A DNA stretch of 64,000 nt, taken from the NCBI RefSeq assembly GCF_003918875.1, contig NW_025767332.1:1-64000 (forward strand), written 5' to 3'. Source of the DNA: Haliotis rubra. Its lineage: Eukaryota. The notes beneath the pieces were generated by a model. The model made no database searches. It worked only from the letters and a program-made list of their open reading frames with translations, and was not told where the DNA came from. Below are positions 1-12,639 of the stretch, one piece after another; positions within the stretch are counted from its first letter, which is position 1, and each line of letters begins with the position of its first letter. The translations under genes and the position numbers were made by a program.

Positions 1-90
1 CTTGTACATTATTTCTTTGATATTTGCTGGTTTTCACAGTGTGTGTTTGTGTGCGTACCTGCAACATAAATTTACAAGACACTTTACCAC

Positions 91-510
91 TGTGTACACA
101 CATTGGAAGGTGAACGTCACGTAGTCTTCTCCATCAGTATGTTGCACTCTACCAAACCAGGTGAAGACAGCTGACATTTTTGTAGAGGCCGTGCAGATGT
201 TCACAAAGTCCAGGTAGTAGTGGATCTGTCAGTTGGTTCCTTCTTCATGGCAGGAAGGCAGTACTCAGTCACGGTATCATTCCTTCACGCTGTAAGCGAC
301 AACAACGTATGATTTCGTCTTACTCCCCTTCTGACTTTAAACGCTAGTTCCAGCTATTTCCCCTGTGACACGTGACGTCAGACGACACCCCGAGTGTAAA
401 CATGGTCGGGAGAAGCATCTCTGTGGCGGCGGCACGGGGTCCACCATCAACATAGAGTTGTGAATATGGCTGTCTTTGTGTCTCAGGCCAACAGACAACT
501 GTATATGGAA
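91..510 (-). pseudogene. Indel-disrupted copy of the Cys-rich ectodomain exon of the orphan receptor
   Basis: Clearly homologous to 21440-21834, with a tttcag acceptor ending at 511. Multiple frameshifts, either real decay or assembly error. Downstream exons would lie outside the window. Confidence 0.75.
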
Positions 511-982
511 CTGAAAAATATAAAACCGGATTGACGGGCTAAAGATGTTGACGGCTGTCTTTAAAGAGGGACTTTACGGGATTGGTACCTAATATACGAT
601 ATCCATATGGCACATGAATACCTTTTATAAAGTCAGTAAACCTTAGGTGTATGTGAAACAGACGACACGGTATGGTAAAGCCAGATATTTTATCCCAGTT
701 GATGAAAACTCAGGAAACGGATAGATTCAGAAGACTCATAACTATCTTTTGCGAAAAGTTCCGTAACATACTTAATTCAAAGACTAGTTACACGCATTGT
801 GTTGCTGGACTGAAACGTCCCACTGACTGATTCATTCACCACTCGCTCTCACTTGTAACTAGCTGCACCGTGACACTCATTGTCCTGTTGGTTTATAGCC
901 GTGGAAACTGACATTTCAAATTATATATATAGAAATATAAGTGGAGGCTTTACCGGCCCATGGTTTTGGTTCCAGTGGATTT

Positions 983-1358
983 GGGGACCGCTTCCCGGTG
1001 GTGTAAGTAGGTTAGAGAGCGTCCGCCCGAGAGCCGGAAGATCGCCAGGTCTCGATCCCCCGACCACTTGTCATACCAAAAGACGTTAAAATATGGTACT
1101 TGTTGGTCCCCGCCTGGCGCTCGGCACTAATGGGTACAACAAGGACTGGTCGGCTTGGAGTCAGTGAAGTAATGTGTCTGAGTGGGTATATTCATGCTTC
1201 ACTGTGGCATGGTATCTCAGTGGGCTAGCACTATAAAACCAGTTTCAGTCTGGGCTAGTACAAGCAGTCGCACATACGTATACAATACTTGGCTGAAATA
1301 TTGAGTTGACATAGGTCCTGCACGACGTTAAACCCAATTTCACCTCACCTCACCTCAC
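983..1358 (+). mobile_element. tRNA-headed SINE, family C (Meta/MESC-core-like)
   Basis: Degraded tRNA-like head, core ending gggctagcactataaaa, tail cgacgttaaacccaattt(cacct)n. Duplicate of 6251-6587. Confidence 0.85.
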
Positions 1359-2457
1359 AGTGGTTTTGGGACTTTCCTGCACTGAGTAAGAACATCAGAG
1401 ACAAAGACGATTTGAATGATTCAGAGTTTCATTGAACCGGATCGTAGTTAAATATAAAATGCCGTGGAGTAAAACCATTTCAATAAGTTTCTGTAAAACT
1501 TCATATATTCTAAACGACATATTTGTTTCAAATATATGTCCAAAGTACACCTCGTGTACCCTATCCCCTTTGTCTATTAACGTATTCAGCAATCATTCGG
1601 TGTATCCCTCTTATCATAAACCCCTCCGTGCAGGACCCTTAATTATTAATGATATTAGAAAATGTCACACTTCCCTACGTCGGCGGATCCTACGTATGTA
1701 CATAGGTCAGCGACCCTGCACAACGTGGAGTAATGTCCCTATGCATAAAAATCGGACTGGATATGGTCAGTCAGGAGGCCAGTCAATTCAATTCAATTCC
1801 TTTATTCTCATTCAACCACCAACGGTTGTACAAGAGAAGACAGTACATACAAATTATGTGTACAAAAAGAAGGTGAAGGTTAATTTTGGTTATATTCAGT
1901 GAAGTTTCTTTTTAGTGTTGGAGAGTCTATGATAGATATAAATCTGGAAAGCTTTTTCAAGATTGACAATTTTGTGTGACGTAAATAATGATTGAAAAAG
2001 TACACAAATTTGGAAACGTATATAATATATGTGGAATATAAAGGTCTCGGAGGCGAGGAGACGGCCCAGATCATCGACAGAAGCGGAGGGATTGTGCGGA
2101 TTGTGGGGGCGTCGGGCCAAGGCCGTCGCCTCACCAACGACTACGTCGACGATGAAGAATCTCCGTCCTACTACTGACTGTGCAGAGCGGGTCTCAACAT
2201 GGGGAACATTGGCCATTCGGGCCCGGTGTGCGTTCTGTCACGTGATTTCCACTTTATGTACCATTTCTACCATTATTCCCCAACTGTAATAAACATGGCT
2301 TGTTGCTGTCTTCAACTCTACCGCTGACTTTTGTCTTCCGTCTATTATCCACCATCCTGAACTACCATCCGAGAGTATCCCCATCAAACGCTCTTGGACA
2401 GAAAAACATAAATACAACATATTTTTGAACTGATATATTTCACTGCAAATCATGTTC

Positions 2458-2823
2458 ATTGTCACTGTAAGTGCAGTAGATCTGCCACATTGTCACTGTA
2501 GATCGGCCAAGTGCTGTAAGTGCAGTAGATCTGCCACATTGTCACTGTAAGTGCAGTAGATCTGCCACATTGTCACTGTAAGTGCAGTAGATCTGCCACA
2601 TTGTCACTGTAAGTGCAGTAGATCTGCCACATTGTCACTGTAAGTGCAGTAGATCTGCCACATTGTCACTGTAAGTGCAGTAGATCTGCCACATTGTCAC
2701 TGTAAGTGCAGTAGATCTGCCACATTGTCACTGTAAGTGCAGTAGATCTGCCACATTGTCACTGTAAGTGCAGTAGATCTGCCACATTGTCACTGTAAGT
2801 GCAGTAGATCTGCCACATTGTCA
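2458..2823. repeat. 31-bp tandem repeat (attgtcactgtaagtgcagtagatctgccac), about 12 copies
   Basis: Direct inspection; near-identical units. Confidence 0.97.
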
Positions 2824-4283
2824 GCGTAATCAACCTCGCCAATCTGGTGGCTGATGAGTAATCTGGAACTACGTTGTGGTGACGTCACAGTCGGTCTTTG
2901 CCCGGTGAATCAGTTTGGACTTGAGCACTTCACCCTCCATCTCAAAGGGTACAGGAGGGTGGGCGTGGTTCACCTGCAGAACTGCATGCAACACCTGGTT
3001 TTGTGTTGTCACAGATGAGAGGACTTAAAGGCGTGCATACTTCTTACACGAAGGTACGTGTACATGTATTCATTTTGAATAGGTATTGAAATGAATATCC
3101 ATTGCTCAGATGACTTTAATATATGTTAAAGATTAAAATATTATAAAGATTGCATAATCTTCTCAAGAGATGTAATAGATTGAATAATTCTGCTTTTCCC
3201 TTGCGTGTGTGGGTGAGTGAGCGAGTTTACTGCCGCTTTGAACGGTATTTCATTAGATCAGGAACAATCGTAACTACTCGTGTCATTCCGGCAAGCCGGA
3301 TGGCGTCTCGTACCCTTTCGTGGCCATGTTTACGACTGAGCTCTGTCTAAGCGCAAACGGGCATGGAGATAAAAATAGTATAATACTATTACCAAGGAAA
3401 GATAACTCTGAATTTCCAAACATAACTCCTAGAATAAGTATCTCTTTCCCGTGGGCAAAACAGCAATACAGTCATTCCCTTTGTAAATATGTTTCAGTGT
3501 TTAAAGTTTCTGATACTTTAGCTAAATGTTTATATGTTTAAATTGTGCTTTGCATGGTTTAGCGAAGTTTCAAAGTTCAAAGGTGCCGCCATTTTCATGG
3601 TTCGAAATGCGTTTTACTACGCGCGATTTGATTGGTTTGCCACGATTCTTGGCAATAATGGCGTACGGTAGGGGCACGAGTCTTCTTGTAGGTCACGGAA
3701 ACAGGCGAGTGGTTAAGAATGGATCAGGAAATGTTGCAGAAAGAAGACATTAACTGCTAAAACACCCTACTTATGGTACGGTAATGACTCATAATTTATC
3801 GGGACAATCTGGGATCTCTACCCACGACCCTGTTAGGATTCTGACATGTCTGTTTGATGCAACTCTGCACAGTGCAATACGGCGCCTTAAACGGCTGGAC
3901 CATAGCTTACCGAAAGACAAGGTGCAGGTGACTGACTTTTACCACTTAAGGGAACACCTTAAGCACGGCATATGCATATCCGTAGGCGTGAAATGGATCT
4001 GCCAAAGACTTGAAGTACTTATTAGTGCATTTTGATATATACTTTCGGCAGTGACATAGTTGCATGCACTTCACTGTTACCCTCTATGTCGCATATATAA
4101 AGTAAGTGAGTGTGGCCTGACGCCTGACGCTGTAACCAATAGCCCACCCCACTGCCCGATGTATTGAAACTCTGTGTACCAGTCATGCCTTGAATGCAAT
4201 CTGACGTCGTACTATAATACTGTAATTATGTAAGTTACTGTTAATCGCGTGTACATATGTGTGAATGTGTGAATATGTGTGTA

Positions 4284-4422
4284 CATCAAACTACGCTTAT
4301 AACGAACTGACGGATATAACGAACTGTTTTAGTCCTGGTCAGTTGCTATATATTTTAGCCGAAATGGGTATACGGGCTCCCGTTATGGCGAAAGTTTAGT
4401 TTGTGTTAACCGAAGTTTACTG
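4284..4422. mobile_element. Degenerate pogo/Tigger-like MITE
   Basis: TA-flanked ends catcaaactacgcttataacgaa ... ttaaccgaagtttactg, with internal ataacgaa motifs. Confidence 0.4.
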
Positions 4423-4723
4423 TACATATAGTCATTTAATGACATTGTTCCTGTTGAGATTCAATAGAGGGAAGTAGTGTGCTGTAGCTTTATTTAATCC
4501 TAGAGTCAAATCTAGCCTGCATGGGAGCTTCCAGGAAAAAAATAGTAGACCTATCCATCATGCTGTGGAATATTCTTTTCAATACTATATAAAGGGGACA
4601 CGCGTGCCTCTGTCACCTGTCATTACATCACTAACAGCAGTCTGTGGCGATTGATATTCTCACCCAGGATATCCGACATGGACCTGTTATGTAAGCTTCG
4701 CCAGTGTTGCTGATGGTGAATAT

Positions 4724-5169
4724 TATAGTCCGTTTGGCTAAAATTCGGACCGATGAATTGTAATCTAACTCGAAAACTACTAAACATATAATACTCAATG
4801 AAACACTGATCATGATCAAAACATCAGACCAACTCTGTGATTTTTTTTCAGAATTTATGTCCTAAAAATTAAAAAGTTGTTTAACAAACTATCATTAAAA
4901 TTTTGACACTGTTCACTATTTGTTAGGACGGAGGAGGAGTGCAAAGAGAGGAACAGCCAGGTGTGCGAGAAAGGATGGAGACAGCACAGCACAGGTAAAT
5001 GATTCAATAACTTTGTCGGCACTTGTGCACGTGCTTCGCGTACACCTGGCTGTTCCTCCCTTTGCAGTCCTCCCTCGTAATGATCAGTGTTTCATTGAGT
5101 GTTCTATGTTTAGTTGTTTTCGAGTTAGATTGCAATTCATCGGTCCGATTTTGAGCCAAACGGACTATA
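4724..5169. mobile_element. MITE with about 90-bp terminal inverted repeats, TA-flanked
   Basis: tatagtccgtttggctaaaattcggaccgatgaattg...aaacactgatcat is mirrored by atgatcagtgttt...caattcatcggtccgattttgagccaaacggactata. Confidence 0.9.
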
Positions 5170-5408
5170 CTGTCTCTGACTTTATTGCTAATACCACTGC
5201 TATTTCATTATATACTGCCATTGAAATTCTAATGCCACTGAGATTGTACAGACACGCTGTGTTTGTACTAGCATTGTAATATGTTTGCAGTAGTTTATTT
5301 TATAAGAAAACTGTTACTTGTACATCATTTCTTTGATATTTGATGGTTTTTCACAGTGTGTGTTTGTGTGTGTAGCTGCAACATAAAATTACAAGAGACA
5401 CTACTCAC

Positions 5409-5803
5409 TGTGTACACAGTGGAAGGTGAACGTCACGTAGTCTTCACCATCAGTATGTTGAACCTACCACCAGGTGAAGACAGCTGACATCTTGTAGAGG
5501 CCGTGCAGATGTCCACAAAGTCCAGGTAGTAGTGATCTCTCAGTTGGTTCTTCATGGCAGGAAGGCAGTACTCAGTCACGGTATCATTCTCACGCTGTTG
5601 ACAACAACGTCTGATTTCGTCTACTCCCTTCCCTCTTAAACTAATTCCAGTTATTTCCCTGTGACATGTGACGTCAGAGGACACCCCGAGTGTAAACATG
5701 GTGGGGAGAAGCATCTCTGTGGCGGCACACGGGGGGTCGACCATCAACGGGAAGTTGTAACAGGCAGTCTTGTGTCTCAGGCCATAGACTACTGTATATG
5801 GAA
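5409..5803 (-). pseudogene. Duplicated Cys-rich ectodomain exon of the orphan receptor (one frameshift near its 3' end; no downstream exons seen in 3017-5400)
   Basis: Nearly identical to 21440-21834, with tttcag acceptor and A|GTGAGT donor. Reads VPYTVVYGLRHKTACYNFPLMVDPPCAATEM...CQLSSPGG, then a -1 shift relative to the 21.5-kb copy. Confidence 0.8.
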
Positions 5804-6250
5804 CTGAAAATACAAAACCGATTGACACTAAAGATTTTGGACGGTTGTCTTAAAGAGGGACTTTACGGGGATTGTTACCTAATATGATATATCCATATGG
5901 CACATAAATACCTTACAAGTCAGTAACCCAAGGTGTATGTGAAACAGACGACACGGTATATAAAGCCAGATATATTTATCCCAGTTGATGAAAACTCAAA
6001 AACGATAGATTCAGAAGACCATAACTATCTTCTTTGCAGTTCCGTAACATACTTCATTCAAAGAATAGTTACACGCATTGTGTTGCTGACTGAAATGTCC
6101 ACTGACTGATTCACTCACTCACTCACTTGTAACTAGCTGCACCGTGACACTCATTGTCCTGTTGGTCTATAGCCGGGAAAGCGACATTTCAAATGATATA
6201 TGTAGAATATAGTGGGGCTTTACCGGCCATAGTTTTGGTTCAGTGATTTG

Positions 6251-6587
6251 GGACCGCCTCCGTGGTGTAGTGGTTAGAGCGTCCGCCCGGAGAGCGGAAG
6301 GTCGCGGGTTCGATCCCCGACCGCGTCATACCAATAGACGTTAAAATATGGTACTTGTTGGTCCCTGCCTGGCGCTCGGCATTAATGGGTACAACAAGGA
6401 CTGGTCGGCTCGGAGTCAGTATAATGTGTCTGAGTGGGGTATTCATGCTTCACTGTGGCATGGTATCTCAGTGGGCTAGCACTATAAAACCAGTTTCAGT
6501 CTGGGCTAGTACAAGCAGCCGCACATACACATATGAGCGAAATATTCATAGGTACGACGTTAAACGCAATTTCACCTCACCTCACCT
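6251..6587 (+). mobile_element. tRNA-headed SINE, family C (Meta/MESC-core-like)
   Basis: A-box tggtgtagtggtt, B-box ggttcgatccc, conserved core and (cacct)n tail. Flanked by the direct repeat tcagtgatttgggac (TSD). Confidence 0.9.
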
Positions 6588-7687
6588 CAGTGATTTGGGA
6601 CTTTCCCTGCACTGAGTAAGAACTTCAGAGACAAAACGATTTGAATGATTCAGAGTTTCATTGAACCGGAGCGTAGTTAATATATATGTCATAGAGTAAA
6701 CCATTTCAATAAGTTTCTGTAAAATTTCATATATTCAAACGACATATTTGTTTCAATATATGTCCAAAGTATACCGAAATTCTATCCCCTTTGTCTATTA
6801 ATGTATTCAGCAATCATTCGGTGTATCCCCTCTTATCATAACCCCCTTCCGGGCAGGACCCTTAATTATTAATGATATTAGTAAATGTCACACTTCCCTA
6901 CGTCGGCGGATCCTACGTATGTACATAGGTCAGTGACCTTGCACAACGTGGCGTAATGTCCCTATGCATAAAACCGGACTGACATGGTCAGTCAGGGAGG
7001 CCAGTCAATTCAATTCAATTCCTTTATTCTCATTCAACCACCATCGGTGGTACAAGAGAAGACAGTACATACAAATTATGCGTACAAAAAGAAGGTGAAG
7101 GTTAATTTTGGTTATATTCAGTGAAGTTTCTTTAGTGTTGAGTTGATGATAGATATAAATCTGGAAAGCTTTTTAAGATTGACAATTTTTTAGACGTAAA
7201 TAATGATTGAAAAGTACACAAATTTGGAAACGTATTGAATTTATGTGGAATATAAAGGTCTCGAGGCGAGGAGACGGCCCAGATCATCGACAGAAGCGGA
7301 GGGATTGTGCGGCTTGTCGGGGCGTCGGCCAAGGCCGTCGCCTCACCAACGACTACGTCGACGATGAAGAATCTCCGTCCGACTACTGACTGTGCAGAGC
7401 GGGTCTCCACATCGGGAACATTGGCCACTCGGGCCCGGTGTGCGTTCTGTCACGTGATTTCCATTTTATGTACCATTTCTACCATTATTCCCCAACCATA
7501 ATAAAACATGGCTGCTGCTGTCTTCAACTCTACCGCTGACTTTTGTCTTCCGTCTATTATCCACCATCCTGAACTACCATCCGAGAGTATCCCCAACAAA
7601 CGCTCATGGACAGAAATAACATTAATACAACATATTTTTGAACTGATAATGTTCATTATCATTTCATTGTCACTGCAAATCATGTTC

Positions 7688-7848
7688 ATTGTCACTGTAA
7701 GTGCAGTAGATCTGCCACATTGTCACTGTAAGTGCAGTAGATCTGCCACATTGTCACTGTAAGTGCAGTAGATCTGCCACATTGTCACTGTAAGTGCAGT
7801 AGATCTGCCACATTGTCACTGTAAGTGCAGTAGATCTGCCACATTGTC
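7688..7848. repeat. 31-bp tandem repeat, about 5 copies (paralog of 2458-2823)
   Basis: Direct inspection. Confidence 0.97.
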
Positions 7849-7894
7849 AGCGTAATCAACCTCGCCAATCTGGTGGCTGATGAGTAATCTGGAA

Positions 7895-8206
7895 CTACGT
7901 TGTGGTGACGTCACAGTCGGTCTTTGCCCGGTGAATCAGTTTGGACTTGAGCACTTCACCCTCCATCTCAAAGGGTACAGGAGGGTGGGCGTGGTTCACC
8001 TGCAGAACAGCATGCAACACCTGGTTTTGTGTTGCCACAGATGCATTGCAACCAGCAACTATACAGTTCCAGTACTTCTTTTCTCCCCGACTCTTCTTAC
8101 ATCTGAACTTATACTGGTAAAAAAACAAGTTTACAGCCTCTGACCGTCTCGACGAATGTAAGTCGAACCTGAGCATTAGCCATTTTATTAACGATATTTC
8201 CTGCAC
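7895..8206 (-). pseudogene. FLYWCH-type zinc finger fragment, probably from a Mutator/Phantom-like transposon
   Basis: YKFRCKKSRGEKKYWNCIVAGCNAS...VNHAH matches W-x-C-x4-C-x-A...H-x-H. No transposase domain follows. Confidence 0.7.
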
Positions 8207-8919
8207 TTCATATGATTAAGGGATGAAACTATAAGGATGAACACAGTCTCAATTTATAGTTTACACAACAAAGTAACAAAACTGTTTGATCTATTGTTAT
8301 ATCAAACTATCTTTCTTTACTTATAACATGGCTTGTCACAGGAATGCTCAAACAGGAGTAACGAAGACAATTTTGAATCATGGAGGCTCAACTCATTTAC
8401 GATAATCCGATGTTTTCTTTGCAACTAGCATGTTGACTCTTTTCCGACAGAACGGGTATGAACAATCCCGACCCCGACAGAACCTGGTTTGACGCTTTAC
8501 CGGGTATGCTAAAATTGACATGGCGCTTTCCCGGGCCGACACCGCACTGTTGCCTGCTTATTGGTGCCACAAGAAATTAACTAAAAGTACATAATCTTGG
8601 ATTTCGAGTCTCCAACAAGGGTTCTTTTCAGAAACTCAAGGTCGAGATTTCGGTGAGAACACTTGGCAAAATGAATAGCATCCGTATACGTAGAGGAAGT
8701 AGACGATACAATGTACAAAAAAGTTATTGACCAGCCATTGTGGTCAACATTAAATTTTCCACTGGCAACTATGTCCTATAAGGGTTCATATACTTTAGTT
8801 GTATCTTAAGCTCTACATCTGTTCCCATTTATTTCAGTAATATTCACTTCTTACTGGAAACTAAACCCTCTTTCAGACATGGAAACATGAAAGAAAACCC
8901 TATTTTTTAAGAGTATATA

Positions 8920-10255
8920 TACTCATCAAAAAGAAACGCATAGGTGATTTTGTGAATTTTGGACTGATGCAGCTGCGGCAAAAACAACACAAATATACTA
9001 TTTCTTTCCACAACGTCATCTTTGTGTGATTGTAAACAGCTTCAGCGTCAAAACGCGGTAATTTTAACTTTTCCCTTATTTTAGAAGCGTTTGAAGAAAT
9101 ATTCGCCAAAACGTCACCAAGAAAACACGCCAAGCTAAATACACGGCAAGTAAGCGGAAAAGCTTGCAGTATCGATCACTATAGAAAGGCAAACGCTTTG
9201 TTTAATTTTGTCATTCGTTTTTGCCTGGAAAAGAGGAAATCGACATGCTTCGACTGAGGGCCGCCAATCGAAACATGGCAATAGGCCGCCTTGAAGCTGG
9301 GGAGTCGCAGTCTGCAGTTGCCCGACATTTCAGCGTTGACCAGAGCCCGGAGCACCATATCTCGCCTTTGGGACGGTGTTTACCGTCGGAGAAAATAACG
9401 TTTCGCCTCTAATTGCATTCGACAGGTTGACAGATTCGGTGGAGGAAGTGTCATGCTGTGGGGTGGATATCCAGCTCTCAAAGATCAGATTTAGTGGTGG
9501 TTTAGAGGAATCTGACAGAAAATCGGTACATCAACAAAGTCCTTGCACGTGACATGCTTCCGATTATGGACCGACAGAGGGAGTTGTTACAGCATGACAA
9601 CGCTACTTCACATACAGTACGCGTTATGGTCCGCTACCTTGCCAATTCAAACGTCTATGTCTTGTCATAGCCTTCCTGATCACCAGATCTAAACCCGATA
9701 GAACACCTATGGGATGAACTCAATCGACGTGTACGTCAGCGTCAAAACACGCCTCAGACACTTCCACAACTGGCCATCGCATTGCAGGAAGAGTGGGGAA
9801 GAATTCCGCAAGAGTGACTTCGTCCAGTCTGTGCCGAGATGGTGCCGAGCAGTAATTGCTGCCAATGGTTGCCATACAAAGTACTGACTTTGACACGCCA
9901 TCTTGATGGTCTCAAGTATGGTACTTTGTTGGTCCCTGCCAGTACAAACTGGTCGGCTTACTGATCTCAGTGGGCTAGCACTATAAAACCAGCTTCAGTC
10001 TGGGCTAGTACAAGCAGCCGCACATACACATACACAGTTGTGTTGGAAATATTCTCAAGGACGTAAAACCCAATTTCACCTCACCTCACCTCACCTCAAG
10101 TAATTACTGATGTTGTGTTGGCGGACTCTCTTGTCTATAGAAGTGTGAATGTTCACCTTTTATCATTGAAATTACATCAAATAATTGTTGTTAAACTAAC
10201 GCAATAAATTCTTCTAAAATGGCTCATGCATTTTTTTTTTTTTATGGGAGGAGTG
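8920..10255 (+). mobile_element. Degenerate Tc1 transposon (internal deletion, stops, SINE inserted near 3' end)
   Basis: Left TIR tactcatcaaaaagaaacgcat and degraded right TIR atgcattttt...gagtg. Transposase remnants [49 protein letters not shown]. Confidence 0.92.
9919..10097 (+). mobile_element. 5'-truncated family C SINE inside the Tc1
   Basis: Core 3' part plus (cacct)n tail; ctcaagta on both sides (possible TSD). Confidence 0.8.
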
Positions 10256-10632
10256 TATCACAATAGTACATATTGTCATGACACTAAATTCAGACACAAA
10301 ATATACGAAGGTTCCATCATAAAAATAACCACAAGATACATACCTTGAAGTAAAATCCATGTCATCAGAAAGAGATATGTTGGCCACCTCGGCCACATTC
10401 TTGCCTAGGTTCAGGTGTTGAGACACACTTCTCCAGATTTTCGGTATCAGAGACTAGGATAGTCTGTCATGCAGACCCTGAAACAAACATACCAAATGTA
10501 ACCCAGGCAAGTCTAGAATGTGTGGCAATTCTAAAAATGACGAAAGTCTCTTGGCTCCTTTTTATTGTATTTTATTTTAATTTAACACGTTTTTTCTTCA
10601 AAATATGTTCATTCAGAGACTAGCCGCTAGTG

Positions 10633-11873
10633 TAAAGTCTCTTTTACATGCACACATTTACTCCTGTAAGTATATTTACTTATAGAGTAAATTAACTTAC
10701 AGGAGTAAAAGTATATTTACTTTCTGTTCACATGGATATTTAACCAATAGGAGTATATCTGATTTGCATCTGGTTTTGAAGAAGTTTGGTCATTTAATCT
10801 TAAGACACAAAATGAGTAGGCTGTTGATTTTAAAACGCACAGGAGATCTACAGTATTCGTTAACTACAGGACTTGTCCTAGGTCTAACAAAGGACAAGAA
10901 TGATTGGGCAAACACCCGTTCAAGAACCAGTGGGTAGAGAATTTTCGAATGACTAAAGAAACATTTGCTGGCATTTTATGGCTATCATTATGACAGTAAC
11001 ATCTTCAACGCCATGGTGTTGTAGATAAGGAGTCTGTGAGCCATTCGCTTTCTAAGCACCTAACAGGCAGCGAGGCTGTATGATCCGGAGGGAGTTGAAA
11101 AGTTTCGGAAGGTACAATGGTGTCTAATGACAGGGATAATAATGTACGTAGCACCTTAAGCATGCATGAAGCGCGGTATGAGCGACATAAAAGCGACTGT
11201 TACTTACTGAGGTGCGATATTTTATACATGAAACGTGATAGCTTTGCATAACCTCTTATGGCACAGGTCGAATTATTTTCAAACAAGCAGATTGTACAAT
11301 TCAGTGGGCTATTACAAACTGCATGTAGAAGAAATTAGTAATCGCTCAAGTTTACTTCAGAATAATGTGTATTGCATAATCATTGATACAGAAAAGGAAA
11401 AGACAATTTGAGCAATTGATATAAAATGTAAAACTTTAAATAAACTACTGAAACACGAGACTGCTGTCAAACTGACTTCAATGAAGCAACATCCATATCT
11501 TGTAACGTGGTCGTACAATAATAAATTTAATAAAGCATCAAAGAAGGATTATGAAACCATATCAATTCCAGTTATGTCTTTTGATGAAACATTGATAAAA
11601 CATAATAATAATGAAATATTATCCATTTGAAGATATGATGCAATCAATTTACTTACAGTAGCAAATCAAATTTAGAGTCATTTGTGTCCAGGAGTAAATA
11701 TACTTCTATTTCACCCCTGGAGCAAGTGTAAATTTACTTCAGGAGTATAAATACTTACGTGAGTAAATTCGTTTTGTGACGTTTCCATGGTTAATTTACT
11801 TATCATAAGTAAATTTACTTACGTAAGCAAATATCCTCCTGTAAGTAGATATGTGCTTGTAAAAGCAGCTTTA
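10633..11873. mobile_element. Non-autonomous TIR element, possibly PIF/Harbinger-type
   Basis: taaagtctcttttacatgcaca... vs the reverse complement of the right end, taaagctgcttttacaagcaca. TAA/TTA ends. Arrays of quasi-palindromic tttact(cct/tac)gtaagtaaa motifs at both ends. Confidence 0.6.
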
Positions 11874-12639
11874 TTAGCTCCAGGAAAAGTCGAATGGGTT
11901 TAATGAGTTATATTTGTCTAAAATACATTACAATATACAAATTCTATACCTTCTGTACGCCAGTGCCAAAGAATACCCAGTTTTGACAAGCCACAGAAGC
12001 AGATTCCATTTGGTGTAAAGGGCAAAATAAAAATATATTATTTGCGAATCGTGATAACACCATGGGCTTGCTAAAAGGATAAGCATGTCCTGCCCCGTGA
12101 TTAAATAAAAGAAAAATGACACAAATATTCTGTGACGCGTATGTCCGATGTTCTGTGGATAAAGCCACCCTTTTGAAAACTGATAGGTACATTTAATACA
12201 TGAACTACAGAAAAGGTGTATCTGGGTATCGAGCAGATGTCCACGTAACTCACTGCAGACAACTTGCATTACTGGTTAGTTCACATGACACGTTGTAATC
12301 ATTCTACTCACTCACTCTGCAGTGACTTAATGTCACAACGTATCCTACCTCTGACTGTACACCCTGACGATCCAGCTACATCCAACTTCACGATGTTTGA
12401 ACGACTAACAAACAACCCATGCAGTGAGCATCAGAACTTCCTGGTTACATATTTAGAAAACGCCGACGCTGTGTTATGCAGGTGCACTTTATCTTATCAG
12501 CAATTGTTATTTGTGTCATGTATGATAATCAGTCGGCAACTTTATCACGTTGTGGTCCGATTTGCCTGCCTTAAGCGTGTTTTGTAGGAACAGGTTTAAT
12601 ATTAATCGCTAGAAATTGAACATTCAAGACACTAAAATA

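Larger units (their letters stand above)
1..3016. repeat. Segmental duplication copy 1 (paralogous to 5317-8043)
   Basis: Same ordered content as 5317-8043 (offset 5316 at the start): receptor exon, Meta-type SINE, 31-bp array, FLYWCH fragment. Homology stops after cacagatg (3016 vs 8043). This copy has many 1-2 bp indels. Confidence 0.95.
5317..8043. repeat. Segmental duplication copy 2 (paralogous to 1-3016)
   Basis: Collinear with 1-3016. Confidence 0.95.

Noticed and set aside
1432-1902. 156-aa ORF
   Set aside because: Not preserved in the duplicate at 6660-7120, with no homology cues.
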